Source: Amoebidium appalachense
Lineage: Eukaryota; Protista; Ichthyosporea
Reading direction: 5' to 3'
Length of the DNA: 64,000 bases
Assembly (NCBI GenBank): GCA_963693365.1
Contig: CAVNZM010000016.1
Location: 4,243,957-4,307,956 of the forward strand
Both the position numbers and the translations under genes were made by a program. Of the stretch, positions 41,074-64,000 are shown one piece after another (the first letter of the stretch is position 1; each line of letters opens with the position of its first letter). The notes beneath the pieces were generated by a model. That model was not told the DNA's origin. It ran no database searches and was given only the letters and a program-made list of their open reading frames with translations.

Positions 41074-41981
41074 TTCCCCCCCCCCCCCCCCCCCCCCTCC
41101 TTCCCCGTTATCTTATTTTTCCCCCAGCCTGGGTAGCCCCTAGAATCTTAATTATTTTCAAAAAATCTAGTCTAATTATCTTATAGTGAATTATTTTAAT
41201 CTTAAACGACCCCTGTATGCTAGGTGCACGTGTACAATAAATCAACCTGAACGTGTACACGACAGTTTCATTCGTTAGTTCCCATATATGGCATGGTGTC
41301 GCATCTAGCTGTGTTTTAAGATTTATATGTAGGTATATCGTGATTTCTAGTAGTACTCCAATACTATCGTGCAGGGCAGCAGCAGCTAAGTGTATTAATA
41401 TTGATATACCGGAATGTACCAAAAAGATGTATCATGGGCGAGGGCCCACCGTTACCAGGAATAAGTCCAGGTGCATGCTAATGCCACGCGTATTAGCACG
41501 TGTGCATTTGGATCACGGAGGTGGGGAGGAGGGGAGGGGGAGGAGGCGGGGGAAGGGAGGAGAGAGGGAGGGGAAGATTTGGGAAGGGGGGAAGGGGGGA
41601 GAGACTCGGAGAGGGGGGGGGGGGGGGGGGGGGGGGGATGGAGAGACTCGGAGCTGGGGAGAGGGGGGAGGGGGAGGGGGGAGGGGGGGGAGAGGGGGCG
41701 GGGCGGGGAGGGGGTTATAACGAATTGAGCTCCATCACCAGGTGCGGATCCGCAGGGAGAGAAGGCCTGGGGCCCCGTGGGTGGCTGCAATTGAGAAAAC
41801 GGGACTTAGTAATCAAAGTGGCAGGTGTAATGCGTATGGAGAGGGACAGTGTATGTATTTGTGATCATGCAAAAGGGAGCCGGGGCCCGGGAGGGATATG
41901 CAGGTGTGTAGGGTAGTTTTCGGGCCGGGGTGGTGGTGGTGCCGCGATTTTAATTGGCTGGGAATCTCTGCCTGGGCATGG

Positions 41982-42020
<39 letters not shown>

Positions 42021-42802
42021 CCAACCAACCAACCAACCAACCGTTGAACAACAACAACAAAAAACGAAAGAAAAGAAAAGAAAAGAAAAGAAAAGAAAAA
42101 GAAAAAGAAAAAGAAAAAGAAAAGAAAAAGAAAAGGAAAAAATTTCGGAACTTTGAAGAAAAGAAAAGAAACTTTGAGATTGATAAAAAATGTTGTGAAG
42201 CATGGCTACGATTTCACTAGGAACAATGAAACTAAACCTGAGGGTCAATCTCGCATCATAGTATTACGGAAAACTTTGAGGACATACTGTACTATAAACA
42301 ATGAAAAAAAGTAATTTAGGAATATATCCATCTCGCTCGTGACTCAGCGGAGGCTCAGAGCGATGCCTCTCCCCTTCTACCTTAACTTATATATATATAT
42401 TCCGGGGGGGGGGGGGGGGGGGGGGGGAGGGGGGGGGGGGGGGGGGGGGAGATATAAGTGATGACGTGCCAGCCTGAGGACGATCAGTGAAGCTTTTAGG
42501 CCATTGCCGTGATGCAAAACTTAGGGAGATCTCGAGTATTATATGGCTGAGCACGTGAATACCGATACGGGGTCACAATGCCTGGGTCGCAACACAGAAA
42601 CACCTTCAGAGCCTCAGCTACGGTGGTGTTTAAGGTTAAATGGAAGAGGGCAAAGGGGTTATGGGTGCAGATAAAATATAGACAAAGCCTTTCAACGGGC
42701 TTAACACCGATATGAGTGAATGAACACACGTAGCTACTGAGTGAACACTGGGCCCATTAGTGCAGCGGCGCTGGCGTTTTTTTTTTTTTTTTTTTTTTTT
42801 GT

Positions 42803-42918
<116 letters not shown>

Positions 42919-42975
42919 TGTGAGTGACTGTGTGTGTGTTTTTTTGGTGGTGGTGGTGGTGGTGGGTGGGTGGGT

Positions 42976-43015
<40 letters not shown>

Positions 43016-43755
43016 GACACCATCCCTGTCGTGTCTCAACTATGTGATCTAGGAGTCTGCATCGGTTTCGAACACATTGTATGCAGAAATTGAAGACACT
43101 CCCTAAAACGGTCACGTGTATATATTTATTGAAGTTTCTCTTTCTTATGATATCGATCTATGACAATAACGGTCTTTAACTACCATAACTCCGATGAACA
43201 TTTTCGGTTTCTCCCACGCCACGAACATAAATGTAGTGACGCCTCAACCCCCCTCGGCAAATCTATCCGTTACATTATCCCGAATATTCTATTCCTACGA
43301 GATATACTGCCACGTACATAACCCTGGACTTACGAAATTACCACACCATTGATACCCGATTACTCGCGTCTAAAGCTACATCAAACACTCGCACCCACTT
43401 GCCTTACCGTAAATCATCAGAACTACAAAAAAAAAAGCGCGCCCTGTTACCCAACCTTATCCGTTTACGTACACTCTAATATAAATATATCACTACATCT
43501 TACAAAACTCATATCTACCTTGCGAAAAACACATGTTGCATCGAACTATAATTAATTATACATCTCTCATCAGCTTATAATATCCTCATGCATTTTGAAC
43601 ACTATTTCTTGAGCCATCTACCCCCCCCCCCCCCCACCCCCTTCTCCTCAAAAAAAAAAGGGAAAAAAAAGAAAAAAAAAAAAGAAAAAAAAAAGCACAG
43701 AAAAAGAGAGGCAGTCTGTCGACATCAAGCATGCCCTTCCTACTCCAGTACACCC

Positions 43756-63906
<20,151 letters not shown>

Positions 63907-63953
63907 CTGTGCCAGGGCCAGTTTTTTTTTTTTTTTTTTTTTTTTTTTGGTGG

Positions 63954-63994
<41 letters not shown>

Positions 63995-64000
63995 GTCGGT

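Overview
Repeat-rich eukaryotic genomic DNA. The gene content points to a unicellular opisthokont, but this is inference only. (1) 1-20.9 kb is a nested transposon stack. A minus-strand Ty3/Gypsy element (gag 18184-16826, then PR-RT-RNaseH-IN running off position 1) abuts a decayed LINE. It is split by two younger insertions: a 3.6-kb non-autonomous LTR element (680-4306, TSD GAGTG, tRNA-Arg PBS) and a 9.4-kb TIR element (7176-16546) carrying a ~181-bp satellite. Removing either insertion restores the Gypsy reading frame. (2) 21-43 kb holds a small PP1-docking-motif gene (Phactr/Bni4-like), a miRNA-like hairpin, a 2.1-kb TIR element, a P-element-type excision footprint and an intronless DEP-domain ORF. 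(3) 43.7-64 kb is one minus-strand gene encoding F-BAR, HR1-like, C1 and two SH3 domains (Bzz1-like), with 22 exons reconstructed by hand. Its introns have degenerate donors followed immediately by poly-C or GU-type repeats, several (CA)n-AG acceptors, and mirror-complementary repeat blocks. Homopolymer lengths may be affected by assembly error.
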